Under the pieces are notes generated by a model. The model searched no databases, was not told the DNA's origin, and saw only the letters and a list, made by a program, of their open reading frames with translations. 64,000 nucleotides of DNA, from the NCBI RefSeq assembly GCF_006345805.1, contig NC_043008.1, positions 34,658,001 to 34,722,000 on the forward strand, written 5' to 3'. Both the position numbers and the translations under genes were made by a program. Shown one piece after another: positions 49,635-63,366 of the stretch (position 1 is the first letter of the stretch; every line of letters starts with the position of its first letter). Origin of the DNA: Octopus sinensis (Eukaryota).

Positions 49635-49868
49635 CAGGGCTGGTCAAAAGTCACCTGACAGTAAGTCAAAACCATTTAATCCCAAGATTTATTTATGTTT
49701 AACAATTGGATAAAGTTAATAAAAGCATCTAAATATGAAACATCATGAAACTTATTCAATTTGAAGTCCTTCTTGAGTGACACATTTTTCCATTTGAGTT
49801 AATACAGGATTACAGATAGTATTTATGGAATTTTGATTTACTGTTGAGTGTCATTTGGCCAACCCCTG
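49635..49868. mobile_element. Tc1/mariner-type MITE, TA TSD
   Basis: ta|cagggctggtcaaaagtcac ... gtcatttggccaacccctg|ta (imperfect TIRs). Confidence 0.65.
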
Positions 49869-52800
49869 TATGATCTTCAATTATACAGAGGCTGTTTCTT
49901 GTCTTTCATATGGTTAGTATTTATAAAATGTCAAAATAATAAAATTATGTTGTTCATCAATAGCTTCCAGTTTTATAAACATTTCTCTTGGGTATAGATA
50001 AAAAGAATCTTAATTAGTAATTATTGTCATTTTATCCCTGATTAGCTCTGTTTTAAAAAAGTTTATGGTCACAAAAATTCAAGCCATAACATTTTTGACT
50101 TCACATACATAAATAGGAACTTCTTTATCTGTGTTCTTCTTTTAAGGAAATTTGGCTGCTATTTCTAATATATCAAGTGACTACATTGACTCCTCATCAG
50201 TTTTGAGAGTTCTTGTAACATTAATTAGTAATCTTAAAGCCAGTTTTGATTTCTATTTTGTATTGCTTCAGAGAAGCATTAATTGAAACTAATGAAAAAT
50301 TAAAGAAAGAAAAAAAAAAAAAAGGGAACATTCGGTGGTACTTTGATGAGCTTTTAGTCACTCTTAGAATAAGAAAATATATGGTTTTATAAAATATTCA
50401 TAAGCAGGGAGATGAATAGCTATCACTGAATAAAAGCAACTTCATGTCCCCTTTGGAAATGACAAAACAATTGACATAATGCCATTTGATGTAGCTTGAC
50501 CACACCAAATTGATATAAGGTATAAATACTAGAATTTCTTGTTTTCCTTACTTCTAAGTAAGTGTTTATCATATGGTATAAAACATATATAGAGGAGGTA
50601 AATTCTTGAAGAATTGAGACTTGAAATGTTGTAATTTCTATGTTAAAGGACTTGTCATTATTTCATACTTACTAATAAAAAAAATTTCTTGAATTTTCTC
50701 ATAGCCATCCATATCAGCAAATTCATAAAATCTTTTTCAGAAGACATCATGCACCTTTCTATTTTTGTCAAATGAATTACTCTTAAAACTACACTTTTTT
50801 TTATGGAAAAAACTTATTCTGAGGCTAAAGACCTGATCAGAATGCTTGCAACAGTATGGATTACCCATATATCTATCTGTTTATCTGCTAAAGGCACCTA
50901 TGGACCAAGTGGTTGTGTTAACCTGGACAATGCATTGTGCCTCCCACCTTGTAACAATAATGGCCTCTTCAGCAGGCTACCATAAAGTTTCTGTTTTTCA
51001 AATTTCATTCAAGGCTTTGCTTGATCTGACATTGTGGCAGAAGACACTAGCTGAGTTGCAACACAGTGGGATTGAACCTGAAACTACATGGTTGTGAAAC
51101 AAACACCTTAACCATACAGCCATATTTGCATCCACACTTTGGTCAGCCCTGGGCTTTAGTTAAATATACTTAACCAAGGTGTCACACAGCAAACATTTTA
51201 ATCACTTGTCTATGCCTGTGTGCATAATTCAATAACTAAATCACTATAGTTGTAAAGATTTTCAATTCACATCTACATAACATTATAATCACTTCATAAC
51301 TGACATGGATTTATTTACACACCACTACCATTTTTGTCATGTTCTTTCATGTGTGAAAGAGAAAGAGAGCAAGAGTTGTCATTGGCAATCTGAATGGTGT
51401 ACAGAATCTTCACATTATCATTTTGCAGGAATCACAATGTGCCTGGTAGTTAGAGTTTTATCCAAATTACTGTATTTGATGGCATAAAAGATGCATGGGC
51501 ATATTAAATGCACCCCAATTTCAGCAGCACATATTCAAGAAAAAAAGTTTTTGATGCATTAAAACATCTGATATTTAAGATGATCTTGCATATAGGACCT
51601 GGGACAAATTCACAAAACACTTTTTGGGGAGATACAATGTGTCTTATATCCCTTCAAATACAGTATGTATATATATATATATATATATATATAAATATAT
51701 GTATATATATATACCCATAATGGTGAGAAAAGAGAAAAGATGTCTTGTTGACATATAAAACTGAGTTCATAAAAAATATTTTAGAAAAACACAATTTTCT
51801 CATTTGACATACTTTTATTTGATATTGATTTCGATTTTAGTTTTCAGAAATCAAACTTAATTTTTAAATGTTTAATAACTTTTCTAATTTATATAAAATA
51901 TGCTTTAGGAATCATAATTTACATTGGAAATACAACCAAAACAGTTTTTTTTTTCTCGTTCCTCTAAAACTCTTGGGTTTATCACTGAATACAAAAAAAA
52001 AAAAAAAAGCTACACTACTAACATCATACATTAAGGAAAATGCAGTTGATGTATTTCTTAGTCATAATCCATGACATTCCATAATTCCAAGATATTGAAA
52101 GGCTTCTTTGACAGCAATTTTTCAATATTTAGACTATTTTGCTCAAAATTTTCACCAAAATACTCTGTATTTCATCTTTATTCACAAAGAAAATATTTCA
52201 CATATTTAACCCTTTAGCATTCAGACTATTATGTCAAATGTAATGCTTATTTTTTCACATTGTTTTGAATTAATCATGCATTATCTCATATCTTCACGAT
52301 TTTAATGATGTAATTATTGCGGGGTGTTTGTGAGAGGCCAGATTGAGCCAGTTTGAACATAAAACAAATAGAATATTTAGGCCAGATGCAGCTGCTTTCA
52401 ATGCTGAATGGTTAAATACAAAATTTCCTGAAATGTTGAGACATTGTTTGAAATATTTATCAATTAAAATTAACCCTTTATATGTCTTGTTTTTTCTTGT
52501 AAAGGGATTTGTGTTCATCAAAAAAAAAAAAAAATTATTGTTACATTTTTACAAAACATATTGATTTTCTTAATTCAATCTGTTTTCATTTTTTTTTTAT
52601 TCGATTAAAGATTTTTGTTTTTAAATGTGTGTCAGTAATAAAGTGTATTGTAGCCTTAAATTATTGGGCCAGCATGGAATACTATATTTTCGTACAGTAA
52701 TTTAATTCAGAGTACACTTGATGTATTGCAAATGTTCTCTTCCTACTACTGCAAAGATAAAATAACACTGCTAGCTAATGTAATATATTTCCCAGGCACT

Positions 52801-53991
52801 GTGTCTCTTACTGTTTACAATTAAGGGTGGGAATAACTGTACCTCCCTATCATACCTTTTTCAAGATACTTGGACCCATCCATTAAATAAGCTAAGCATA
52901 TTTATCTAGACTGCAGTGCAGTATTGTTGCTATTCAGGTAAAAAAAAAAACTGTTGACCCATCTGACCATTAACAGACATTCTCTCAACTTAACCTGCTG
53001 GTCTTATTAACACTAACATGTACTGATCATGTCTAATAATTATGTGACCTGTCAGCTGACCTTTTATAAGAACTATAATTTTATTTTACATATGTGGTGC
53101 CTCAACATGGCCAGTCTTTTGACTAAGACGCATAAAAGAATTGATACATTTTTCGAACTGTGACATTGTTTGTTACAAGTCTCTGATAGGCCAATCATTA
53201 GTTCACTATATTAAGGATAGTTACAAGACACCACCTGTGCAATCATGGCAGAACAAATAGCACAAAGGTTTTTATTCAAAAGCACTGGTTAATTGATTTT
53301 CTTGCTAATGTTTACATCTTTCATCAGTAAAAGATATACATGTGAGAGTGTGTCTGTGTGTGAAAATACATACATATATATATATATATCGTTTTTAGAA
53401 AAATATAAATCCGGAGAAGCACTCATGTGTAAATGCGTGTGTGTGTGTAATATATACCATCATCATCTAAAGTCCCTTTTTCCATGCTGGCATGGGTAGG
53501 AAGACGGTTCTACAAGAACTGATGAGCCAGAGGCCTACACAAAATTCCAATATCTTTTGCATCATTTCTACAGCTGTTTCCTAACCACTTTACAGAGTGC
53601 ACAGGGCTCTTTCTTTGTGGCACCAGCATTAGTGAGGTTACCAAGTGCTTTTAAGACAAGACCTCTTAACTGAGTAGTGTATAGTATTGAGGGATATGAA
53701 TGTATGACAGAGGGACAAGAGCAGGTGTCATATATATATATATATGATATATATTTATATAGCAGTTTATGTATCATACTTAATGTAAAAACAACATGAT
53801 AGACAAATTTACTACAGTTTTCGTTCAGAGATAATATCTCATGGATTTGCTAGAAGGTCTTACAGCTGTTTCCAGGATATTTATTATATCCCTTCATCGG
53901 AGATTGTGTGAGAAAATGGTTAAACAATAGTTAATACGATACAAAATAGAGAGTGAAGTGGAGGAATGAAAATAGATGTGAGGTATGCAGG

Positions 53992-54174
53992 GATATTGCA
54001 TTTGTAGATCCATTATTTAGGTAGAATGGTATACATATAAGATTCCAATACCTTGTGAGTAAAATCTAAAATTGGAATGACCAATTTTAGATACTATTGG
54101 ATTTTACTCACAAGGTATTGGAATCTTATATGTATACCATTCTGCCTAAATAATGGATCTACAAATGCAATATC
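53992..54174. repeat. Near-perfect 75-bp-arm inverted repeat
   Basis: 53992-54066 is the reverse complement of 54100-54174 with one mismatch. Confidence 0.92.
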
Positions 54175-55724
54175 TCCCTTTCACTTACCTTTTATATCTA
54201 AAACCTTAGTAAAATAAAGAAATAAGCTAGCCACACATAAATAAATTCAGTTCGTTTCAGACCACACTTGTGGAAAGACCCTGAATAAAGGCATAGCAGA
54301 ATATTGCAGGTTACATATGTAACTGCACATCGTCTGTGCAGTAGAAACATGTGTCAGTCATTTTAACCATTTATGCTGTGTAATTAACTGTCAGTCATTT
54401 TAATCAATTATATTGTGTAATTAACTGTTTAAATTTTTTTTTTAATTTGAAGATGTACCAGTTTCCATATTCAAAGAATAAGGAGACTGGTACAATCTTC
54501 TAATTGTTTAAATTTTATATATATATATATATATATGTAATTTAAAAACAGGATAAAATCTTTATAGGAATTTATCAAGTAGTTAGCATGAAAAACCTCA
54601 TAAGGGAAAAATCCATCAATTATTCCTCTTAAATATATTTACTTATATTAAGGGCATTTATGTATAGTAATGCCCTTAATATAAGTATATATATACACAT
54701 ACATATATTATTTCAAAGGTGTACACACCATGCAAGTGATGAAACACAGTAGCCTTTCAAAAACACACAAATTCTTAACTTCACTTAAACATTCATTGTT
54801 TGTAATATGGTGTCAAAAATTTTCATTGCTCCCAATTGCAACCTGGTTTCTGACAATGTTACATTGCATATATATATATATGTATATACACCTGCACATG
54901 ATAGCTTCTGTACAATTTGTGTTCACCATCTATCAATCTGAAGCTATGATAGAAAACAATTGCCCAAGGTACCGAACACTGATACTAAACTCAGAATTAT
55001 GTGGTTGTAGAGGGAACTTCTCAACCACACAGCCATGCCTGTGCCCATTATTTGGTAATGCATATTACTGCTATTGTTCAATATGTCCCAAAGTGTTATT
55101 TTAGAAACAAAACTTCAATCTTTTTTAATCTATTTCTATTTGAGTCTGGTGCATTTATATGATTTAATAATTATAATTATGTCTTTCATTATATACTAAA
55201 CAAAATAATTTGTCTGGCAATCATGAATGAATGGATACACCTAGCAATACATATGATGAAACTTCATACAAATCTTCTCATACATTTTGTAACAATGAGC
55301 AATTTTGTCCATTTTCTTTTTATTTCAAATAAATATTTAAGTAAATATATCTGTGATGCTTTTGTTGTTGTTCTATAATTTTAAATGTATTAATGCTTAT
55401 GAATATATTCATCACCCTCATCATTTAACATCCATGTCCCATGCTGGCATGGGTTGGACAGCTTGACTGATTTGATGGGTCCAAAGACTGTCTCATGCTT
55501 AAGTATCTACTCTGGCATGGTTTCTATGTTTGGATGCCCTTCCTAATGCCAACCACTTCATGATGTGTACTGCATGCTTTTCTCATGCCAATAGCACTAA
55601 GGAGGTTGCCATGCAGCTCTCAAACCTGCAAATCCTAAGTGGAAGGGATTTATGCTTGCAGACAAGTATGAGAAAAGGGAATGAGACAGAGCAGGTTCTT
55701 GTAAGGGAGCTACATGGCTACTCA

Positions 55725-56165
55725 CACGACTTCAACTTTGCTAATGACATCACACTTTTCTCACGACCACAATTGCTCAAACTCTCATCACAAATCTGGA
55801 GTCAGCTGCTTTTGAAGTTGGTCTCTCAATAAACTGACTGAAAACCAAAACCATAATCATTGATGAAAATACTGGTGTGAGTAATCTTACACTTTTATTG
55901 GGTACCCATCGAGTCAGTTGTTGATCCCTACTACTCAGACTCTTGTATTTGCTCTACCAGCATAGACATTAACATCCATTAAGTGATAGCATGGTTGGCA
56001 TCTGACAAGTTATGGAAAATTTGGAAAGCACCACAGCTGTCACATGACCTGAATCAATTCCTGTTTCAAGCTACAGTAGAATCTGTCCTGCTCCATGGCT
56101 CTCAATACTGATCTCTTATGGTGGCTCAACAGCAATCACTAGACAGCACATACACTCAACTTCAA
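55725..56165 (+). mobile_element. Degenerate LINE RT fragment
   Basis: DFNFANDITLFS (FADD-like) followed by FQATVESVLLHGSQY*SL...LDSTYTQL, typical of a non-LTR RT C-terminal region. Confidence 0.7.
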
Positions 56166-57634
56166 AACAAGGCTCATCTCCTATGCCAAACAAGTCACTA
56201 TAGGGATGTTTACCATCCATCTGCTAGGCAAGCAAACAAAGCTAAAATTTTCAGGCGACTATTTTTGTCAAACATATCAACCTGTCACTGCACTTTTTTT
56301 TCTATAACCTCAGAGGGATGTCCAAGCCTGCATAGTGTATTTCCATGAACTGACACAGAACACAGGATAGTGCAATGCCTTAGGGTTGGCACGTGCAATT
56401 TCATCTTGCACAGCCTGGAGGGAAATTTACTCGTGAGTTCAATATCCACAAGTGATGTGATGTAACAGACTAAGAAGATGTATGGTATGTATGAATGAGG
56501 AGTGTACGTGCATCTGTGTGTCTGCTCACTAGAGAGACAGAGGAAGAGAAGAATGGCTAGAGGTGGGAGAGAGAGACAGGTAGAGATACTGAGGGAGATG
56601 GAGAATATCAAAGTAAGTGATCATTACCTACGAGTATGTAAAAGAGAATGTTCATTCTTTCAAGCTCCTGAATTTGTGTGCATAAAAGTGACATTATGTA
56701 TGAATAATACATAAGAATGGGTGTGTGTGTGTGTGTGTGTGATTTGATATCTGAGTACATTTGTAAGTGATTCATGTATAGAGACAGTGATCTTATGAAG
56801 TGCATGTGTGGGTGTTTAATCTGTGTGTAGGTGTATGGAATTAAAACTCTTTAGAAAAATGTGAACACTGAATAAAATCTCCATGAAAGATTTCAATTCA
56901 ATGACTTGTCATCAGACCATCATTAGTATTTTTTTTTTAGTAGTTTAGTCAAAGGGAGAAGAGCAGGACTATTTTTCAGGACCACTGAGATTGCTGGATG
57001 GAAGGAACAAAGTTAACCTCAGACCAAAGACCCAGCCTGAATGCTTACAAAGGAACTAATTCTATATAAAGACACCCTAGGAATGAAGTAGTGGTATTAA
57101 TCCAGGTACAAATTTGTTATCGTTGAAGAACAGGAACAAGTTCTTCTGACAGACTCAAACAGTCTTCATCCACAAAAGTTCACTCACAAAGTTTAGCATT
57201 TAAACTGGCCACATCAGGCCTAAATATTCTGCCTGTTTTAGGTTCAAACTGGCCAGACCCAACCTCTCACACCTACTCTACAATACCATTCTAGAAGTAT
57301 GCAATCACATCATCAAAACCTTGAAGTTATGAGATAATTTGAAGCAATGTGAATAAATAAGCTTCACATTTGACAGAATAATACGAATACTAAAGAGTTA
57401 AGCAATTTTATGCTACAGTTGAAGAAACTTGGTCCAAGTTATGGCATAGTGAGATCTGACACAAAACCATATAGTGATGAAGCAAACTTCTGAACCACAT
57501 AGCCATGCATGAACATGTCAGACTCTAGCAGCTGATATGAAATACAGACATCTGTAGCAAACTTTATAATGAGTTGAAGTGAAGCTGTTATCACTCTCTC
57601 TCTCTCTCTGTCTCTCTCTCTCTCTCTCTTTCTT

Positions 57635-57669
<35 letters not shown>

Positions 57670-57670
57670 T

Positions 57671-57737
<67 letters not shown>

Positions 57738-57945
57738 CTCAGAACATTACTGTTAATTTTTCATAGCTAAAACTAAAATAAAAAAAAATAGTCACCTTCA
57801 ACCCACTTAAGAGCAGCATCTTAGGCATAGAAGAAGAAAAAAAAAACCCAAACTTTGTCATGGTGAATAATGATATGGTAAGTGAAGTAGCATTAATGAG
57901 AACCTTCTGACCAACTGCTGTGTCTTTTATATTATGACTGACAGA

Positions 57946-57978
<33 letters not shown>

Positions 57979-58230
57979 GAAACTAAGCAAATATGAGCAA
58001 GATTTGAGATGTGTCACTAACATAACTGAAAGAAAGCAGTATGTCTAAGGAATTTGCATTTAGTAATTGAAATAAGTAGTTCCATATTTCCCAGTCACTA
58101 ATGTTGCTACTCTTGTAATCTTTCGTCATAATTGAAGTACTGACCAAGTAAGTGGCTAAGGATGAAATAAGAAATATTTGTTTCAGATATCACCATCATC
58201 ATCATTGTCATCATTATCATCATCATTATT

Positions 58231-58450
58231 AAGGCAATGAGATGGCAAACTTGTTAGCATGCAGAATAAGATGCTTAGCAACATTTCTTCCGGTTTTGCA
58301 TTCTGTGTTCAAATGACACTATGTTCAACTTTGCTTTTTTTTAGTCTTTTAAAGTTGATGAAATAAGTACCATTTGAACACTCAAGTTGGTGTAATCAAC
58401 TGATCCGCTGGCCACAAATTTCAGGTCTTGTGTCTATTGTAGAAAGACTG

Positions 58451-58504
<54 letters not shown>

Positions 58505-58722
58505 GACAGCAACCTGGCAGAATTGTTAGTACAATGAACAAAGTGGTTAGCAGCATTTCTTCTAGTTTTATGTTCGTAGTTCATATTCCACCAAGGTTGA
58601 CTTTGCCTTTCTTCCTTTCAGTATTAATAAAATAAATACCAGCTGAACACTGAGGTCAATCGGATCAACTAGACCCTCCCCAAAGTCTCAGGCCTTAGGC
58701 CAATAGTAGAAAGAATTATTAA

Positions 58723-58756
<34 letters not shown>

Positions 58757-58818
58757 ATCATCATCATCCTCATCATCATCATCATCATCATCACCACCAC
58801 CACCACCACCACCATCAC

Positions 58819-58893
<75 letters not shown>

Positions 58894-59104
58894 GGTAGTG
58901 AGCTCGCAGAATTGGTAGAGCATCAGAAAATGTCAGTTCTTTACATAGTGAGTTCAAATCCTACCATAACCAACTTTGCTTTCCATCCTTTCAGGGCCAA
59001 TAAAATAAAGTACCAGTCAATTACTGGGGTCAGTGTAACCACCTACCCCCTTCCCAATTGATGATTTTGTGTCAAAATTTGAAACTTCATCATCATCATC
59101 ATCA

Positions 59105-59166
<62 letters not shown>

Positions 59167-59425
59167 TTATTATTATTATCATCATTATTATTAAAAAGGT
59201 AAGCTGACATAATCATTAGCATGCTGGGCAAAATGCTCAGTAGCATTTTGTCTGTCTTTACATTCTGAGTTCAAATGCCACCAAGGTCAACTTTACCTTT
59301 CGTCCTTTCTGGGTCGATAAAATAAGTACCAGCTGAGCACTGGGGTCAAAGTAATCAACTTACCCCCACTCCCAAAATTGCAGGCTTTGTACCAAAATTT
59401 GAAACCATTATTATTATTATTATTA

Positions 59426-59465
<40 letters not shown>

Positions 59466-59548
59466 GGTGTGCTAGCAGAATCGTTAGCACACCGGGCAAA
59501 AGGCTTAGTGGCATGTCATCCATTAATTACATTCTGAGTTCAAATTCT
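58231..59548 (+). mobile_element. Head-to-tail array of five SINE family B copies separated by (TAT/CAT)n tracts
   Basis: Copies at about 58231-58449, 58501-58714, 58892-59087, 59196-59407 and 59465-59548 (partial). Confidence 0.8.
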
Positions 59549-59996
59549 CCCTGTAACCACATTATTCCAATAAACCATCAAGTGTTCAAAACTCTTCTCC
59601 TGATTTTTCCTATTCCTAATTGGCAAACTTTCTGTAGAAGCTTTCCAGGACATCCCATTCCAATTTCCTTTAACCATTTGTCCATGTCATTACTCACAGA
59701 CTCTTATGCACCAACCATTACAGCTACAACCTTTACAGATTTCATATTTCAAATCATTACAATCTCAAATTTTAAGGATTGTATTTTTTAACTTTTCATC
59801 TGCTTTCTTCACAAACCTGGAATCAAACAGACAAGAAAGATCAACAAGTAAGCAAATTTGCTTTTTCTTGTCTATCATTGTTATATCTGGCTTGTTATTT
59901 TCTATCTTCTTATCCATTTGAATTGAAAAGTCCCATAAAATCTTGCTGGAATGCCTTTGGTCACAAGACTACTCAGCTGAGACTAATCGGAGGCTA

Positions 59997-60172
59997 TCAT
60001 CATCATTGTTCGACCGTGGTCGAGACAATGGAATTTACTATGTTACGCCAGACTTCACGGTCCATCATAGCATTACGGAGGTCCTGTTGCTGGATGCCTG
60101 TATCCCTGGAGATTACATCAGGGTAGGAGAGTGTGCGCCCTCTGGTATTGCGAGTAGATGGCTTCCAGAGGA
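59997..60172 (-). mobile_element. 5'-truncated LINE 3' end with (TGA)n tail
   Basis: Minus strand reads LLWKPSTRNTRGRTLSYPDVISRDTGIQQQDLRNAMMDREVWRNIVNSIVSTTVEQ* followed by tgatgatga, an RTE-superfamily-like C-terminus. Confidence 0.75.
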
Positions 60173-60243
60173 GAAGAGTAGAAATTACTTCTTTTTCAGC
60201 TCTACAACAATGTCAGACTACAGTGTCTTTCAGTTATTAGAGT

Positions 60244-60326
<83 letters not shown>

Positions 60327-60867
60327 TTATCTATCTTCTAGTTCTCTCTCTCTCTCTTTCTCTCTCTTCCTCTCTCTCTCTAGCTGTTATCTAAATGCAG
60401 CACATATTGAACACAAAGAGACCAAATAGGAACCTCCGTTTATTCATTGCCTTGTCATGACTTGTTTCTTATGAGTAAAAGCCACCTTTGACTCATTACA
60501 CTCCTATTTCTCTCTTATAATTGTACTTCCTTCAATTATTCTCCCTCTTCTCTTAACTTACTCAGACTGTCTTTCAGTTATTAGAGTTTGGTTTCCTCTC
60601 TCTCTCTCTCTCTCTCTCTTCCTCTCTCTCTCTTTTCATTTGTTTTCCTTCCTATTTACTTATTTAAGCCCTTTGCTTTCTATGGAGCATCAGCTATCAA
60701 CGATTTTTTCCCCCTGTTCTTAACTCTGAGCTGTCTAAGGCCTTCCTCCACAACATCTTATTGGTGTTTGATTTCCATTGATGTTTCTGTAACTGCATTT
60801 TTCTAAGTAGGAATGTTAACCCAATGCAAACCTATTTTCACTTCTGGGAAGAGATAGTCCATATTAA

Positions 60868-61086
60868 CCCTTTAGTATTTAAACCGGCCATATCCGGCCA
60901 AAATAGTTAATCTGTTTTATGTTCAAACTGACCAGATCCAGGCTCTCACACCTACCCTACAATGTTATTCTACACTAAGTAATTACACCATCAAGCTCCT
61001 GAAGATATGAGATAATGCATGATTAATTCAAATCATTGGGAATCAATAGGCATTATGTTTGATTGAATAATCTGAACGCTAAAGGG
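60868..61086. mobile_element. piggyBac-type MITE family 2 (TTAA TSD)
   Basis: ttaa|ccctttag ... ctaaaggg|ttaa. Other copies at 42148-42367, 52210-52411, about 57190-57397 and a split copy at about 23180-23938. Confidence 0.8.
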
Positions 61087-61740
61087 TTAACTGGCCCCCC
61101 ACCTTTGACTTATCCAACATGAGAAGCCCTATCAGGGACTTACCCTTCACTGCCATAGTTCCCGGGGTCACTGAGATACACAAGCCACTTGAATGCAACC
61201 TTGTGGTGGCTTCATTTACATTTTTTTCTTACACAAATCATATTCTTGCTATCAAATTCTTACACTCTCATTCTTCTAACTTAGACATTCAAGGATTCAA
61301 AGAAAATAGACTTAAAATGTGCTTTCTTGCACATTCTAATTTTATTTTCTTTGAATCCTTCAGTTACGTATATTCTCAAACTTATACCCCTTTAACACAG
61401 GCTGGGACAATTTTTCGAGAAGTAAGTCACATGTGACGTAGCTCATCATCAGGTGAGCCACTCTACTAAAAAAACACAAGGTAATTTTTTTTTTAGGCAT
61501 ACCTGTGTTATAGGTGCAGGTATGAGTGTGTGGTAAGAAGCTTGCTTCCCAACCACATGGTTTCAAGTTCAGTCTCACTGCATGGCACCCAGGGCAAGTG
61601 TCTTCTTCTATAGCCTCAAGCCAATCAAAGCCTTGTGAGTGGATTTCATAGACGGAAGTTAAAAGAAGCATGCGCACGTGTGGGTGTGTCATTATGTCTG
61701 TATCTGTATATATATCATCATCATCATCATATACATACAT

Positions 61741-61771
<31 letters not shown>

Positions 61772-61875
61772 TACATACATGCATACATACATACATGCAT
61801 ACATACATACATACATACATACATACACACATACATACATACATACATACATGCATACATACATACATACATACA

Positions 61876-61908
<33 letters not shown>

Positions 61909-62203
61909 GTATATATCAGAGGAAGCACATAATGGGAAATAAGGTGGCAAAAAATAGTACTTGAATACCAGAGGTAGAGTAATATGTTTTATTATTAAAG
62001 CTGCAAAGACATCACAAAGAATAACAAAAAAATTGCTACTCAGATTTTCTCATTCCCATTCGCCAGACAGAGTCTCATGTTCCCCTTTGTTGGGCAGAGT
62101 TTCACGCTCCTGTTCATTCAACAAATAGGAACGGGAAACTTTGAGTAGTAGTTTTTTGTGATGTTTCTGCAGCTTTAATAATAAAGTATCTATATGTATA
62201 TAT

Positions 62204-62237
<34 letters not shown>

Positions 62238-62243
62238 ATATAT

Positions 62244-62300
<57 letters not shown>

Positions 62301-62696
62301 GGCGCAGGAGTGGCTGTGTGGTAAGTAGCTTGTTTACCAACCACATGGTTCCGGGTTCAGTCCCACTGCGTGGCACCTTGGGCAAGTGTCTTCTGCTATA
62401 GCCTCGGGCCGACCAAAGCCTTGTGAGTGGATTTGGTAGACGGAAACTGAAAGAAGCCCGTCGTATATATGTATATATATATATGCGTGTGTGTGTTTGT
62501 GTGTCTGTGATTGTCTCCTTAGCATTGCTTGACAACCGATGCTGGTGTGTTTATGTCCCCGTTTCTTAGTGGTTCGGCAAAAGAGACCGATAGAATAAGT
62601 ACTGGACTTACAAAAGAATAAGTCCTGGGGTCGAGTTGCTCGATTTAAGGCGGTGCTCCAGCATGGCCGCAGTCAAATGACTGAAACAAGTAAAAG
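62301..62696 (+). mobile_element. SINE family A, well-preserved copy
   Basis: Colinear with 2944-3330 and retains its CpGs. Confidence 0.85.
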
Positions 62697-62730
62697 AAAG
62701 AAAGAAAAAGAGAAAAGAGAGATATATACA

Positions 62731-63098
62731 TCATCGGTTATGATAACAAGGGTTCCAGTTGATCCGATCAATGGAACAGCCTGCTCAAGAAATTAACATG
62801 CAAGTGGCTGAGCACTCCACAGATATGTGTACCCTCAATATAATTCTTGGGGAAATTCAGCATGAAACAGAGTGTGACAAGGCTGACCCTTTGAAATACA
62901 GGTACAACAGAAACAAGAAGAAATTTTGAGAGAAAGTTATGGTGAAAGAGTGCAGCAGGGTTCACCACCACCCACAGCCGGACCCTCATGAAGATTTAGA
63001 TTTTTTTGCTCAATAAACACTCACAATTCCCAATCCAGGAATCAAAACTGCAATCCTATGTCCACAAATCTGCTGCCCAAACCACTTGGCAATTGCGC
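62731..63098 (-). mobile_element. Diverged full-length copy of the same tRNA-derived SINE family
   Basis: Colinear with 6285-6648. Confidence 0.8.
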
Positions 63099-63366
63099 CT
63101 AAATATATATATATATAACATTAGGGAATATTATTCCAAACTTACAGGGAAAAATTCAATTTAGTAATACTAAATCAAATTTCACAAAATATAATATATG
63201 TATATAAATTAGAAAAAAAATACCTTTTATCAATTCAACAATGAAATAATTAAATTATACCATATAGAAAAAAATTAAATATAAGATAAAAATATATACC
63301 AATGATTAAGTAATGTACAAAATAATAAATAAAAAGTATATAATTGGTAAAAGGACGTATATATAT

